Shown: piece by piece, positions 1 through 9,067 of the stretch
How positions within the stretch are numbered: position 1 is the stretch's first letter
How the letters are laid out: each line of letters starts with the position of its first letter
Notes under the pieces: generated by a model
Databases searched by the model: none
Seen by the model: only the letters and a program-made list of their open reading frames with translations
What the model was told of the DNA's origin: nothing
Program-made: the position numbers and the translations under genes
NCBI GenBank assembly: GCA_963706955.1
Contig: CAVPOC010000008.1
Span: 96,001 to 160,000 of the forward strand
Reading direction: 5' to 3'
DNA length: 64,000 nt
DNA from: an uncultured Verrucomicrobiae bacterium
GTDB taxonomy: Bacteria > Verrucomicrobiota > Verrucomicrobiia > Chthoniobacterales > Terrimicrobiaceae

Positions 1-2
1 AC

Positions 3-557
3 GACAATGCCAAAACAGCGAAGTTAAAGGCCGATCCAGACAACTCCATTCGGACCCTGGCCGGCATTGTCGCCGGCACGGGCACCACCTTCGCAACCGT
101 TACAGCGAGCAGCCTCGAGCTCAAAAAGGGAAACACGTCAACGGTCCAAATCACAAATGATGGCGTCATAAGAAGTCCGAAATGGAAGGTGACAGAGATA
201 TTCAAGAATAGACGCGCCGAGGCTACGGAACCCAACACGGTTTTCTTTACGAACAACAATCAATTCGAATCTGCCGGCGGCACCTTGCTGATTTTCGCGT
301 CTGGTTCCGGGACGGCAAAACAAATTCCGGCAGGTCAATCCGTCGTCATCGGCGTGCAACTGCTATTGGACGATGCCGGTATTGGCGAAGTCCAAAGCGT
401 CGTTAAGAACCAAGACCCCCAGCCATTTGTGACCACTTTCCTAACTGTCCGCAACGTGGCGTCAGGAATCCATAAGCTGACACTGAAAACTTTGGGAAAT
501 ACGACGGTGGGCGGAAATGACTTTTTCAACGCCACCATCCTTGAACTGCCTTTCTGA
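3..557 (+). CDS. 3' part of a tail-fibre-like protein running in from the left edge; C-terminal ELPF tip domain
   Basis: Frame is open from position 3 (DNAKTAKLKADPDNSIRTLAG...) to TGA at 555-557. Its C-terminal ~140 aa (SPKWKVTEIF, GGTLLIFASGSG, NDFFNATILELPF) align by eye with the C-terminus of 8156-9010. Confidence 0.75.
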   Translation, partial: DNAKTAKLKADPDNSIRTLAGIVAGTGTTFATVTASSLELKKGNTSTVQITNDGVIRSPKWKVTEIFKNRRAEATEPNTVFFTNNNQFESAGGTLLIFASGSGTAKQIPAGQSVVIGVQLLLDDAGIGEVQSVVKNQDPQPFVTTFLTVRNVASGIHKLTLKTLGNTTVGGNDFFNATILELPF

Positions 558-608
558 TTGTCCATTTTGAAGCTGAAGCATCACACATCATAAGATCGAA
601 GACAGCTT

Positions 609-2039
609 ATGCCAATCGATCAAACTTTGCGCGGGCTAGCCCTGGAGATAAATGCATCCATTGATCCAGGCCTAGAGAAGCACCCGCTTCTCGAATATCG
701 CTTCATTGATGGTGCCAGCACCCAAACGATTCTTGCGCGTGTCGAAGGGATACCGCAACCGGATGGTGGAGGCCAGTTGGCGTTTGAAACCAATGCGGGC
801 GGCGATAGCACAACCCTGCGGATGCTTATTGATCGCCAAGGAAACGTGGGCATCGGGACGGAGAATCCGGCGGCTAGGTTGGATGTCGACGGCGACGCGA
901 AGTTCCGCGGCCCGCTATCAATTGAAGGCGCTCTCACCGTAAGCGGTGTCGCGCAAATCGGTGGTGATCTGACCGTGGCGGGCAAGCTGACCGCCGCCAG
1001 CTTCGTGGGTAACGCCGAAGGATTGAGCAATATCACTCCGGCAGATAATTCGGTAACCAGCGCCAAATTAGCCCTCGATCCTGCCTCGCTTAGCAAAGTG
1101 TCAGGCGAAAGCATGGTCGCTCATGACGGCCAGATTGGAATTGGAATCCCGGCTCCTCGTTCCAAGCTGGAAGTTACAAGCGACTGGACTGGTGAACGCG
1201 GTGCGCTCGAATTGTCAGGTCACAAGCCAACGATACGACTTACAGGCGGATCGGACCTAGCAAATCGCTCCTGGATCATTCATCTTGGAGGCAATGGGCC
1301 CGGAGATTTGGAATTTTATAAGAAAAGCCCTTCAGATCGACAATGGATGTTCCGGATGGCACTCACAGAGAGTGGAATCACTAAAATTCCCAAGCTTCAA
1401 CTAGGCAATAAATGGCTTTTGTCGGGAGAGGGCGATGCGCACGCGAACGATGACTGGCTGCGTCTTTTTAGTATCCAGGGCACCGGTTATTTCGGCGGAT
1501 TTGCGGCAGAAAAGCTTTATAGCGGAACTACTACATTTACACAAAAGCTTCAATTAGGCAGTAAATGGCTTTTATCGGGAGCGGGCGATGCTCATGGGAA
1601 TGATGACTGGCTGCGTCTTTTTAATGTCCAGGGCGATGACTATTTCGGCGGATTTGCAGCAGCGAAGCTTTATAGCATAGGGGGTACCGTTCACGGATCA
1701 GACCTTCGCTTAAAGGCAGACGTCTCTTCGCTGGAGCGCATGGTCGATAAAATTCTCGCTTTGCGCGGTGTGCGTTTCAAGTGGCGCAATGCGAGAGACG
1801 AAGATTCTTATCGAATTGGTCTAATTGCACAGGAGGTTGAACGCGTGCTCCCGGAAGTAGTAGAAACAGGGCCAGACGGTATGAAAGGCATTAACGCAGC
1901 CGGACTTGTCGCTGCCATTATCACTGCCATTAAAGACCAGCAGGCCGAACTTAGCGCACTGCGGACCGAATTTGCTCTCTTCACCCTGCGTAAGAGGAAG
2001 GATCCGCGAACGACGTGCCGACCAGCCGATGCTTGTTGA
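609..2039 (+). CDS. Tail-fibre-like paralog 1: conserved N-terminus, shaft, tandem 51-aa repeat, Peptidase_S74 intramolecular chaperone
   Basis: MPIDQTLRGLALE N-terminus; GNVGIGT motif; C-terminal GSDLRLK...GVRFKW...IGLIAQEVERVLPEVV followed by a coiled coil. Confidence 0.85.
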   Translation: MPIDQTLRGLALEINASIDPGLEKHPLLEYRFIDGASTQTILARVEGIPQPDGGGQLAFETNAGGDSTTLRMLIDRQGNVGIGTENPAARLDVDGDAKFRGPLSIEGALTVSGVAQIGGDLTVAGKLTAASFVGNAEGLSNITPADNSVTSAKLALDPASLSKVSGESMVAHDGQIGIGIPAPRSKLEVTSDWTGERGALELSGHKPTIRLTGGSDLANRSWIIHLGGNGPGDLEFYKKSPSDRQWMFRMALTESGITKIPKLQLGNKWLLSGEGDAHANDDWLRLFSIQGTGYFGGFAAEKLYSGTTTFTQKLQLGSKWLLSGAGDAHGNDDWLRLFNVQGDDYFGGFAAAKLYSIGGTVHGSDLRLKADVSSLERMVDKILALRGVRFKWRNARDEDSYRIGLIAQEVERVLPEVVETGPDGMKGINAAGLVAAIITAIKDQQAELSALRTEFALFTLRKRKDPRTTCRPADAC

Positions 2040-2195
2040 CAATCACGGTAGAATCGTCATCGGATGGAGAGGAAATTGCCTCGTTGCATGTGGTCGTGGC
2101 ATTGAGTTCGTCAGGGATGCCGCCGTGGCAGCGGTGAGAAGCATGTGAGAACCGTACTCTCGCCATCAAAATCGACCTCAGACAGGAGATAGCTT

Positions 2196-3452
2196 ATGCC
2201 GATCGATCAGACCATACGTGGCCTTGCTTTAGAAATAGATGCATCCACCGATGCAGGACCGGAAACGCAGCCGCTCCTCGAATATCGCTTCATCGATAGT
2301 GCCAGCACCCAAACGATTCTCGCTCGCGTCATAGGTATACCGCAAGCCAATGGGGGAGGAAAGTTGGCCTTTGAAACTAACGCGGGAGCTGCTGCCACGA
2401 CCCAGCGGATGCTTATCGACAACAATGGCAATGTCGGCATCGGAACGGCCAGTCCCGGAGCCAGATTGGATGTCGCCGGTGACGCGAGGTTCAGCGGACC
2501 ATTGTCACTTCAAGGCGCTCTCAAAGTGGATGGCGTCGCGCAAATGGGTGGTGATTTTGAGGTGGCCGGCGACGGAAAGTTTAGCGGGACGCTCAGCGTC
2601 CAGGGAGCTTTCACGACAAGTGGCGCCGCGAGAATTGGTGGAGACTTGACAGTAACGGGCAGGCTGGCTGCAGCCACTCTCACCGGCGATGGTGCCGGAC
2701 TAAGCAACGTGACACCAGCAGACAATTCGATAACTAGCGCCAAACTAGCCCAGGATCCCGCTTCAATCTCCAAAATCACGGATGGAAAGATAGCCGTTAA
2801 CGCTGACAGATTGGATCTGACCGGCCACACGACCTTGAACGGTTCAATAAACATCCTCAGGGGGCTCACAGCCGGGTCTTTCGAGCAGAATCCCAACTCC
2901 CAAATTTACGGGAATCTGCACGTCCAGGGGAGGTTAACTGCCGGTGTAAAGACGTTCCGGATCGATCACCCACTTGACCCTGAGAACAAGTATTTATCTC
3001 ATTCCTCAGTCGAATCTCCGGACGTGATGAACATCTACAATGGCAACATCACCACGGATACGCAGGGCAATGCGACGGTAGTTTTGCCTGATTACTTCGA
3101 GGCTTTGAACCGAGACTTTCGTTACCAGTTGACGGTAATCGGCAAGCGTGCACAGGCAACTGTCGCTAGCGAAATCGAAAACAACCGCTTTACCATTAGC
3201 ACCGATCTGCCCTACGTGAAGGTCTCGTGGCAAGTGACGGGTGTTCGACAAGATGCTTCCGCTAGAGCTTTTCCGAATTCGGTGGAGGAAGAAAAGCCTG
3301 AGGCTGAGCGCGGTTTGTTCCTGCACCCGGACCATTATGGCTATCCCAGGGAGCGGGGAATCGCTTTCGCGCGGCATCCAGACCGTATGCACCACCCGCC
3401 CGCGGAGCGGCCAAACCTAGTGCCATGCCATAACGCCGCGGCCATCGAGTAA
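2196..3452 (+). CDS. Tail-fibre-like paralog 2 with C-terminal HPLDP domain
   Basis: Shared N-terminus; duplicated shaft unit (VAGDARFSGPLS / VAGDGKFSGTLS); C-terminal KTFRIDHPLDPENKYLSHSSVESPD...FRYQLTVIG...VSWQVTG. Confidence 0.85.
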   Translation: MPIDQTIRGLALEIDASTDAGPETQPLLEYRFIDSASTQTILARVIGIPQANGGGKLAFETNAGAAATTQRMLIDNNGNVGIGTASPGARLDVAGDARFSGPLSLQGALKVDGVAQMGGDFEVAGDGKFSGTLSVQGAFTTSGAARIGGDLTVTGRLAAATLTGDGAGLSNVTPADNSITSAKLAQDPASISKITDGKIAVNADRLDLTGHTTLNGSINILRGLTAGSFEQNPNSQIYGNLHVQGRLTAGVKTFRIDHPLDPENKYLSHSSVESPDVMNIYNGNITTDTQGNATVVLPDYFEALNRDFRYQLTVIGKRAQATVASEIENNRFTISTDLPYVKVSWQVTGVRQDASARAFPNSVEEEKPEAERGLFLHPDHYGYPRERGIAFARHPDRMHHPPAERPNLVPCHNAAAIE

Positions 3453-3490
3453 TTGACTTCTCTCCATGGTCTGAAGAAAAAAGAAAGCTT

Positions 3491-4354
3491 ATGCCCATCG
3501 ATCAAACCTTTCGTGGTCTTGCGCTGGAAATAGATGCGTCCTCTGATCCCGCGCCCGCAGCCCATCCGCTCCTCGAATACCGGTTCATTGATCTAGCCAG
3601 CACCCAAACGATACTTGCACGTATCATCGGAATACCGCAACCGAATGGTCGAGGCCAGTTGGCCTTCGAAACTAATGCGGGAGCTGCTGCCACGACCGAG
3701 CGAATGCTAATCGACAGCAATGGCAACGTGGGCATTGGAACTGAGAATCCCGGAGCCAGATTGGATGTCGCCGGTGACGCGAAGTTTAGCGGACCATTGT
3801 CAATTCAAGGTGCTCTCAGAGTGGAGGGTGTCGCACAAGTCGGTGGAGATCTAAGCGTGACGGGCAAGCTGACCGCCGGCAGCTTCGCCGGCGACGCCGC
3901 AGGATTGAGCAATGTCACACCGGCGAATGGCTCCGTAACCAGCGCCAAACTAGCGTTCGATGCTGCCTCGCTCAGCAAAGTCTCGGGCGGCAAGATGGTC
4001 GTCCAAGGAGATACTGTCGCCATACGCGGACAACTCGAGGTCAACGGAGCTGTCAAGTTTCAAGGGTCCGGGTCGACCACGCCCGGCTCCACCGACTGGC
4101 AGCCTTACCCCGGCAACATCGGCATCTACCTGGACGTGGACACCAGCGCCGGCCAGTTCACCACCACGCCCAAGTATTTTACGTCGCTCGGCGGCAACTC
4201 GCACCACTGGGCGACCACCGGCGTCACCTCTATCTACACGCCTTCGCCCACGGGCTTTCGGGTGTACGTGCGCTGGGCGGACGGCAGCGCCCTGACGCCA
4301 GAGTTTGCCAATTCCCTCCAATGGCACGTTAATTGGCTCGGAGTCGAAGCCTAG
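3491..4354 (+). CDS. Tail-fibre-like paralog 3 with short lectin-like (H-type-lectin-like) tip
   Basis: Shared N-terminus; ~95-aa Trp/Tyr-rich tip (GIYLDVDTS..FTTTPKYFTSLGG..HW..G..IY..GFRVYVRW). The lectin assignment is inference. Confidence 0.8.
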   Translation: MPIDQTFRGLALEIDASSDPAPAAHPLLEYRFIDLASTQTILARIIGIPQPNGRGQLAFETNAGAAATTERMLIDSNGNVGIGTENPGARLDVAGDAKFSGPLSIQGALRVEGVAQVGGDLSVTGKLTAGSFAGDAAGLSNVTPANGSVTSAKLAFDAASLSKVSGGKMVVQGDTVAIRGQLEVNGAVKFQGSGSTTPGSTDWQPYPGNIGIYLDVDTSAGQFTTTPKYFTSLGGNSHHWATTGVTSIYTPSPTGFRVYVRWADGSALTPEFANSLQWHVNWLGVEA

Positions 4355-4454
4355 CGGAACGGGTTATTGCGAGTCTATGTTCCAGGTGCGCTGCAGAAAC
4401 CAGGCAAGTTGTGTGGCCTTTGCGTTGAGCACGCGGAATCCGCAAGGGACCCGG

Positions 4455-4663
4455 ATCCGGCAAGATGTCTCAGCGAAGGCGTTTCCGAATTCGGTGGAGC
4501 AAGAGAAGCCTGAGGCCATGCGCGGTTTGTTCCTCCACCCGGAACATTATGGCTATCCGAGAAAGCGGGGCATCGATTTGACACGCCAGCCAGATCGTAT
4601 GCACGATCCCCGGCACCGCGGCCACGCCTTGTACCATGCCCTGGCGCTGCGTCCATCGAGTAA
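4455..4663 (+). pseudogene. Orphan 3' remnant of an HPLDP-type fibre gene
   Basis: IRQDVSAKAFPNSVEQEKPEAMRGLFLHPEHYGYP matches the end of paralog 2 (VRQDASARAFPNSVEEEKPEAERGLFLHPDHYGYP), through the ...CATCGAGTAA stop and into the following spacer. Confidence 0.85.
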
Positions 4664-4691
4664 CTAGTTTTCTCCATAGTCAAAAAAAATC

Positions 4692-6155
4692 ATGCCCATC
4701 GATCAAACCTTGCGCGGCCTTGCTCTGGAAATAGATGCATCGCTCGATCCCGTACCCGAAGCTCAGCCGCTCCTCGAGTACCGATTCATCGATCTTGCCA
4801 GCACTCAAACCATCCTTGCGCGAATCAAAGGGGTTCCGCAACCCAATGGTCGAGGCCAATTGGCCTTTGAAACTAACGCGGGAGCGACCGCCACCACCCA
4901 ACGAATGGTTATTGACCATAATGGCAACGTCGGCATTGGAACTGAGAATCCCGGAGCCAGATTGGATGTCGCCGGTGACGCGAAGTTTAGCGGACCATTG
5001 TCGGTGCAAGGTGCGCTCAGGGTGGAGGGCGTTGCGCAGGTCGCTGGTGATTTAAGCGTGACGGGCAAGTTGACCGCCGCCAGCTTTGCCGGTGATGGAG
5101 GAGAGTTGAGCAATGTCCGACCAAGGAACGATTCGGTCGGAGGTGCGCAACTGGCAAGCGACCCGGAATCTCTGAGCAAAGTGTCGGGCGGCAAGATCAT
5201 CGTTAAAGGGGACCGGGTTGGTGTGGGCATGCAAAATCCCGACGGCGATTGCGTCTTTGCCGTGGGAGCTCGTATGAAGGTCCACCAAGGAGACAGTAAC
5301 AGCGCTGGGATTTGGTTTGCTCAAAAAGGAGCAGACCTTCACGCTTCGGCTTTTGTTGGCATGGCAGATGACAACACAATAGGGTTCTACGGCCATGGAG
5401 TGGGATGGGGTCTGAAGATGAGAGGGGATGACGGCTCGGTTACCCTGGCTGGTGCGCTAAGTGTCGGAGGCAAAGTCAGTCTCGCTTCCCTGGGCGTCAG
5501 TGGAGAAATCCGCGTTGCCGGCCGGGATCCCGTCATTGGCGGAGAAGCTCTGCGTTCCACCTTTGGCCGGAGACGATCCGGTGGTTCCTTCGCTCTGAGG
5601 CAGACTTTTCACGATGTGGATATCAATGGCGAAGTCCATTGTAACAAAATTACCACTCCGGCCGGTAAGGGCTTTAAGATAGATCACCCTCTGGATCCCG
5701 AGAACCGGAATCTGTATCACTGGTGCGTCGAATCGCCCGACATAATGAACATCTACAATGGCAATGTGATTACCGACGTTCGTGGTAAAGCGACCGTGGT
5801 GTTGCCGGAGTACTTCGAGGCATTAAACGAGGATTTTCGCTATCAGTTAACCGTCATCGGCCAGACCTCAGTGGCCACGGTCGAACGTGAAATAGAAAAC
5901 AACACATTTACGATTCGAACCGACAAGCCGGAAGTGAAGGTATCCTGGCAGGTGACAGGTCGGCGGCAGGATCCCGCCATCCGCGCGAATCCTCTGCCTG
6001 TGGAGGAAGAGAAGCGCGGAACCGAGCGTGGGTTTGTTGCTTATCCGCAAAATAGAAAGCAGAACAAATTTTCCCTTACCGGTTTCGATAGCGGCCAGGT
6101 AATCGTCAAGACGGAGGAAGGCTGCGAGCATCCCCTGCCCGTGGCTTATTCTTAG
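4692..6155 (+). CDS. Tail-fibre-like paralog 4 with C-terminal HPLDP domain
   Basis: Shared N-terminus; unique middle module (SAGIWF..AFVGM..IGFYG..GWG); KGFKIDHPLDPENRNLYHWCVESPD. Confidence 0.85.
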   Translation: MPIDQTLRGLALEIDASLDPVPEAQPLLEYRFIDLASTQTILARIKGVPQPNGRGQLAFETNAGATATTQRMVIDHNGNVGIGTENPGARLDVAGDAKFSGPLSVQGALRVEGVAQVAGDLSVTGKLTAASFAGDGGELSNVRPRNDSVGGAQLASDPESLSKVSGGKIIVKGDRVGVGMQNPDGDCVFAVGARMKVHQGDSNSAGIWFAQKGADLHASAFVGMADDNTIGFYGHGVGWGLKMRGDDGSVTLAGALSVGGKVSLASLGVSGEIRVAGRDPVIGGEALRSTFGRRRSGGSFALRQTFHDVDINGEVHCNKITTPAGKGFKIDHPLDPENRNLYHWCVESPDIMNIYNGNVITDVRGKATVVLPEYFEALNEDFRYQLTVIGQTSVATVEREIENNTFTIRTDKPEVKVSWQVTGRRQDPAIRANPLPVEEEKRGTERGFVAYPQNRKQNKFSLTGFDSGQVIVKTEEGCEHPLPVAYS

Positions 6156-6346
6156 GCGAGATCTCGTAACACATGGGACCGAGACATCAGTTTGACAAGG
6201 ACCCGCGATCATGCCGACTTTTCATAAGTGTTTTAACATGCACGGCAATCGAATCGTCTCGGAAAGGCTCTAAGGGAAAGTGAGACTTTTCTCTCTGAGA
6301 CTTGTTTCGTAGTCGTTGGAATTCCTCCCGCAGAAAAAAGACAATT

Positions 6347-8086
6347 ATGCCCATCGATCAAACCTTGCGCGGCCTTGCTCTGGAAATAGATGCATCGCTC
6401 GATCCCGCACCCGAAGCTCAGCCGCTCCTCGAATACCGGTTTATTGATTTAGCCAGTACCCAAACGATACTTGCGCGTATCACCGGAATACCGCAACCCA
6501 ATGGTGGAGGCCAGTTGGCCTTTGAAACTAATGCCGGATCGACTGCCACGACCCAGCGGATGCTTATCGACAACAATGGCAATGTCGGCATCGGAACGGC
6601 AAGTCCCGGAGCTAGATTGGATGTGGCCGGTGACGCGAAGTTCAGCGGACCGCTATCCATTCAAGGTGCTCTGTCAGTAGAAGGGACCGCGCAAATTGGT
6701 GGTGATTTGAGCGTGACGGGCAAACTGAGCGCCGCCAGCTTTGCCGGCGATGCAGCCGGATTGAGCAATGTCATACCGGCAGACAACTCCGTAACCAACG
6801 CCAAATTGGCCTTGGATCCCGCCTCGCTCAGCAAAGTGTCGCACGAGGTGATGGTTGCTAGTGAAGCTAATATTGGAATTGGGGCATCCGCTCCGCGGTC
6901 CAAACTGGAAGTCACAAGCGACTGGACCGGTGAACGCGGTGCGCTCGAGGTGTCTGGTCACAAGCCAACGATACGATTTACCGGCGGATCGGATTTAGCA
7001 GAACGCTCCTGGATCATTCATCTTGGAGGCAATGGACCCGGAGATTTGGAATTCTATACAAAAACCCCTTCCGATGCAAATTGGGCTGCCCGCATGCTGC
7101 TGACGCAGCACGGGGTGAACGTCGTTGGATCACTTTCCGGAACGAGCAATAACCCAGGGCTTGCCGGCGTTCACGGTGTGCACACGGCCGGCCAAGCGGC
7201 CGTCATCGGAACGAGCGATGCGGGACGCGGTGTCCTTGGAATCAGCAAAACTGGACAGGGCGTCTGGGGGGCGAGCGAGTCGTCAGCAGGTGTGGTGGGA
7301 GTGAGCGTGAAAGGGGAAGCTTTCAGAGGGGAAGGAGTTTCCGGTGTCGTGGGAATAGGCAAGGGCTGGGTGGGGGTTTACGGGGAAACTAACGGAGCGC
7401 GAAACGTTGGCCCGGCCGGCGTGTGGGGCGAGGGAAAACAATCGGGAGACGGCGTCAAGGGAGTGACCAGCGCCGCCAACGCTGCGGGAGTTGCGGCATT
7501 TCACCTCACCAATCAGGGGCCAGGCATTTTCGCGCAAGGTGCCCCAGCCGGACTCTTCAACGGAGATGTGACTATCAACGGAAGGTTGCGTGCTTCTGTT
7601 AAATCATTCGTGATTGACCACCCGCTCGACCCAGCCAACAAGTACCTCTCTCATTCCTCGGTCGAATCTCCTGACTTGATGAACATCTACAGTGGCGAGG
7701 CTGTCACCGACAGCGAGGGTCACGCGACTATCACGTTGCCTGACTATTTTGGCGCCTTGAATCGTGATTTCCGTTATCAATTGACGGTAATCGGAAAGTT
7801 CGCGCAGGCGATCGTAGCCAGCGGAATCGAAAACAACCGCTTTTCTATCAAAACTGACCAGCCCGACGTGAAGGTCTCATGGCAAGTAACCGGCATCCGT
7901 CAGGACGCTTCCGCCCGGGCGCTTCCCACCCGCGTCGAAGAAGAGAAACCTGCAGCTGAGCGTGGTTTGTTCTTGCATCCCGAACATTACGGTCATCCCA
8001 GTGACCGCGGAATCGCTTCCAAACATTATACAGAGGCGACGCAAGAGCGGCCGACACTGCAGAACATCCCCAGTTTATCGCAATAG
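6347..8086 (+). CDS. Tail-fibre-like paralog 5 with Gly-Val repeat region and HPLDP domain
   Basis: Start placed at the MPIDQ ATG (6347); GV(W/Y/L)G repeats; KSFVIDHPLDPANKYLSHSSVESPD. Confidence 0.85.
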   Translation: MPIDQTLRGLALEIDASLDPAPEAQPLLEYRFIDLASTQTILARITGIPQPNGGGQLAFETNAGSTATTQRMLIDNNGNVGIGTASPGARLDVAGDAKFSGPLSIQGALSVEGTAQIGGDLSVTGKLSAASFAGDAAGLSNVIPADNSVTNAKLALDPASLSKVSHEVMVASEANIGIGASAPRSKLEVTSDWTGERGALEVSGHKPTIRFTGGSDLAERSWIIHLGGNGPGDLEFYTKTPSDANWAARMLLTQHGVNVVGSLSGTSNNPGLAGVHGVHTAGQAAVIGTSDAGRGVLGISKTGQGVWGASESSAGVVGVSVKGEAFRGEGVSGVVGIGKGWVGVYGETNGARNVGPAGVWGEGKQSGDGVKGVTSAANAAGVAAFHLTNQGPGIFAQGAPAGLFNGDVTINGRLRASVKSFVIDHPLDPANKYLSHSSVESPDLMNIYSGEAVTDSEGHATITLPDYFGALNRDFRYQLTVIGKFAQAIVASGIENNRFSIKTDQPDVKVSWQVTGIRQDASARALPTRVEEEKPAAERGLFLHPEHYGHPSDRGIASKHYTEATQERPTLQNIPSLSQ

Positions 8087-8155
8087 GGCCCTGGGCCGCT
8101 CCCATCGGGAACCCTGCAATCCTAAGACTACCTCGCTGAGAAAGCAGACAGCTCT

Positions 8156-9010
8156 ATGCCAATTGATCAAAGCTTGCGCGGACTTGCTCTGGAAATCGAC
8201 GCATCACTCGATCCCGCACCCGAAGCCCAGCCGCTCCTCGAATACCGGTTCATCGATCTTGCCAGCACCCAAACAATTCTTGCGCGTATCAAAGGAATAC
8301 CGCAACCCAACGGTGGAGGCGAGTTGGCCTTTGACACAAATGCGGGAGGCAATGCCACGAGCCAGCGGATGCTTATTGATAGTAAGGGCAATGTCGGCAT
8401 TGGAACGGAAAATCCGGCGGCCAGATTGGATGTCGCCGGTGACGCGAAGTTCAGCGGACCGTTGTCAGTTCGAGGTGCTCTCACCGTAGATGGTGACACG
8501 CAAATCGGCGGTGATTTGAGCGTAACGGGTTCGCTCACCATAGCCGGCACGAACCTCAGGTTGACAAAAGCGGATTCGGCACGAGCGGTCGAAATCACCG
8601 GTGAAGGCGCAGTGATCAGTCCGATGTGGACTGTGACCCAGGTGTATTTGAATGAGCAGGCGACATCCACACCGTTCCCTGTCCCAGGCCAGCCTATTTG
8701 TTCTCCGAAGCCATTCACAACCGGAGGTGGCACCTTGCTGATTCTGGCGTCGGGGTCGGGAGCCGCACTCTCAGGGGTGCCGGGACCCATAATTATTGGA
8801 ATGGACTTGTTGCTTGACGATCGTCACGTGGGTAGCGTCCTTAGCCGCGTCAATAACATGACCGAGGCCAAACCATTTATGACCAGCGGTCTGGTGGTTC
8901 GCGGAATCGCTTCGGGATCCCATACCCTTACGCTGAAGACCGCTCCGTCGACGGTCGTTGGCCGCAACGATTTCTTTAATGTGACAATCCTTGAATTGCC
9001 GTTTCAGTAA
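8156..9010 (+). CDS. Tail-fibre-like paralog 6 with ELPF tip domain
   Basis: Shared N-terminus; tip homologous to 3-557 (GGTLLILASGSG...NDFFNVTILELPF). Confidence 0.85.
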   Translation: MPIDQSLRGLALEIDASLDPAPEAQPLLEYRFIDLASTQTILARIKGIPQPNGGGELAFDTNAGGNATSQRMLIDSKGNVGIGTENPAARLDVAGDAKFSGPLSVRGALTVDGDTQIGGDLSVTGSLTIAGTNLRLTKADSARAVEITGEGAVISPMWTVTQVYLNEQATSTPFPVPGQPICSPKPFTTGGGTLLILASGSGAALSGVPGPIIIGMDLLLDDRHVGSVLSRVNNMTEAKPFMTSGLVVRGIASGSHTLTLKTAPSTVVGRNDFFNVTILELPFQ

Positions 9011-9067
9011 GCATCCAATCGCGACACCAGCAGCACCGATTAAACGACCTAAGGAAGGAGACAGCTT

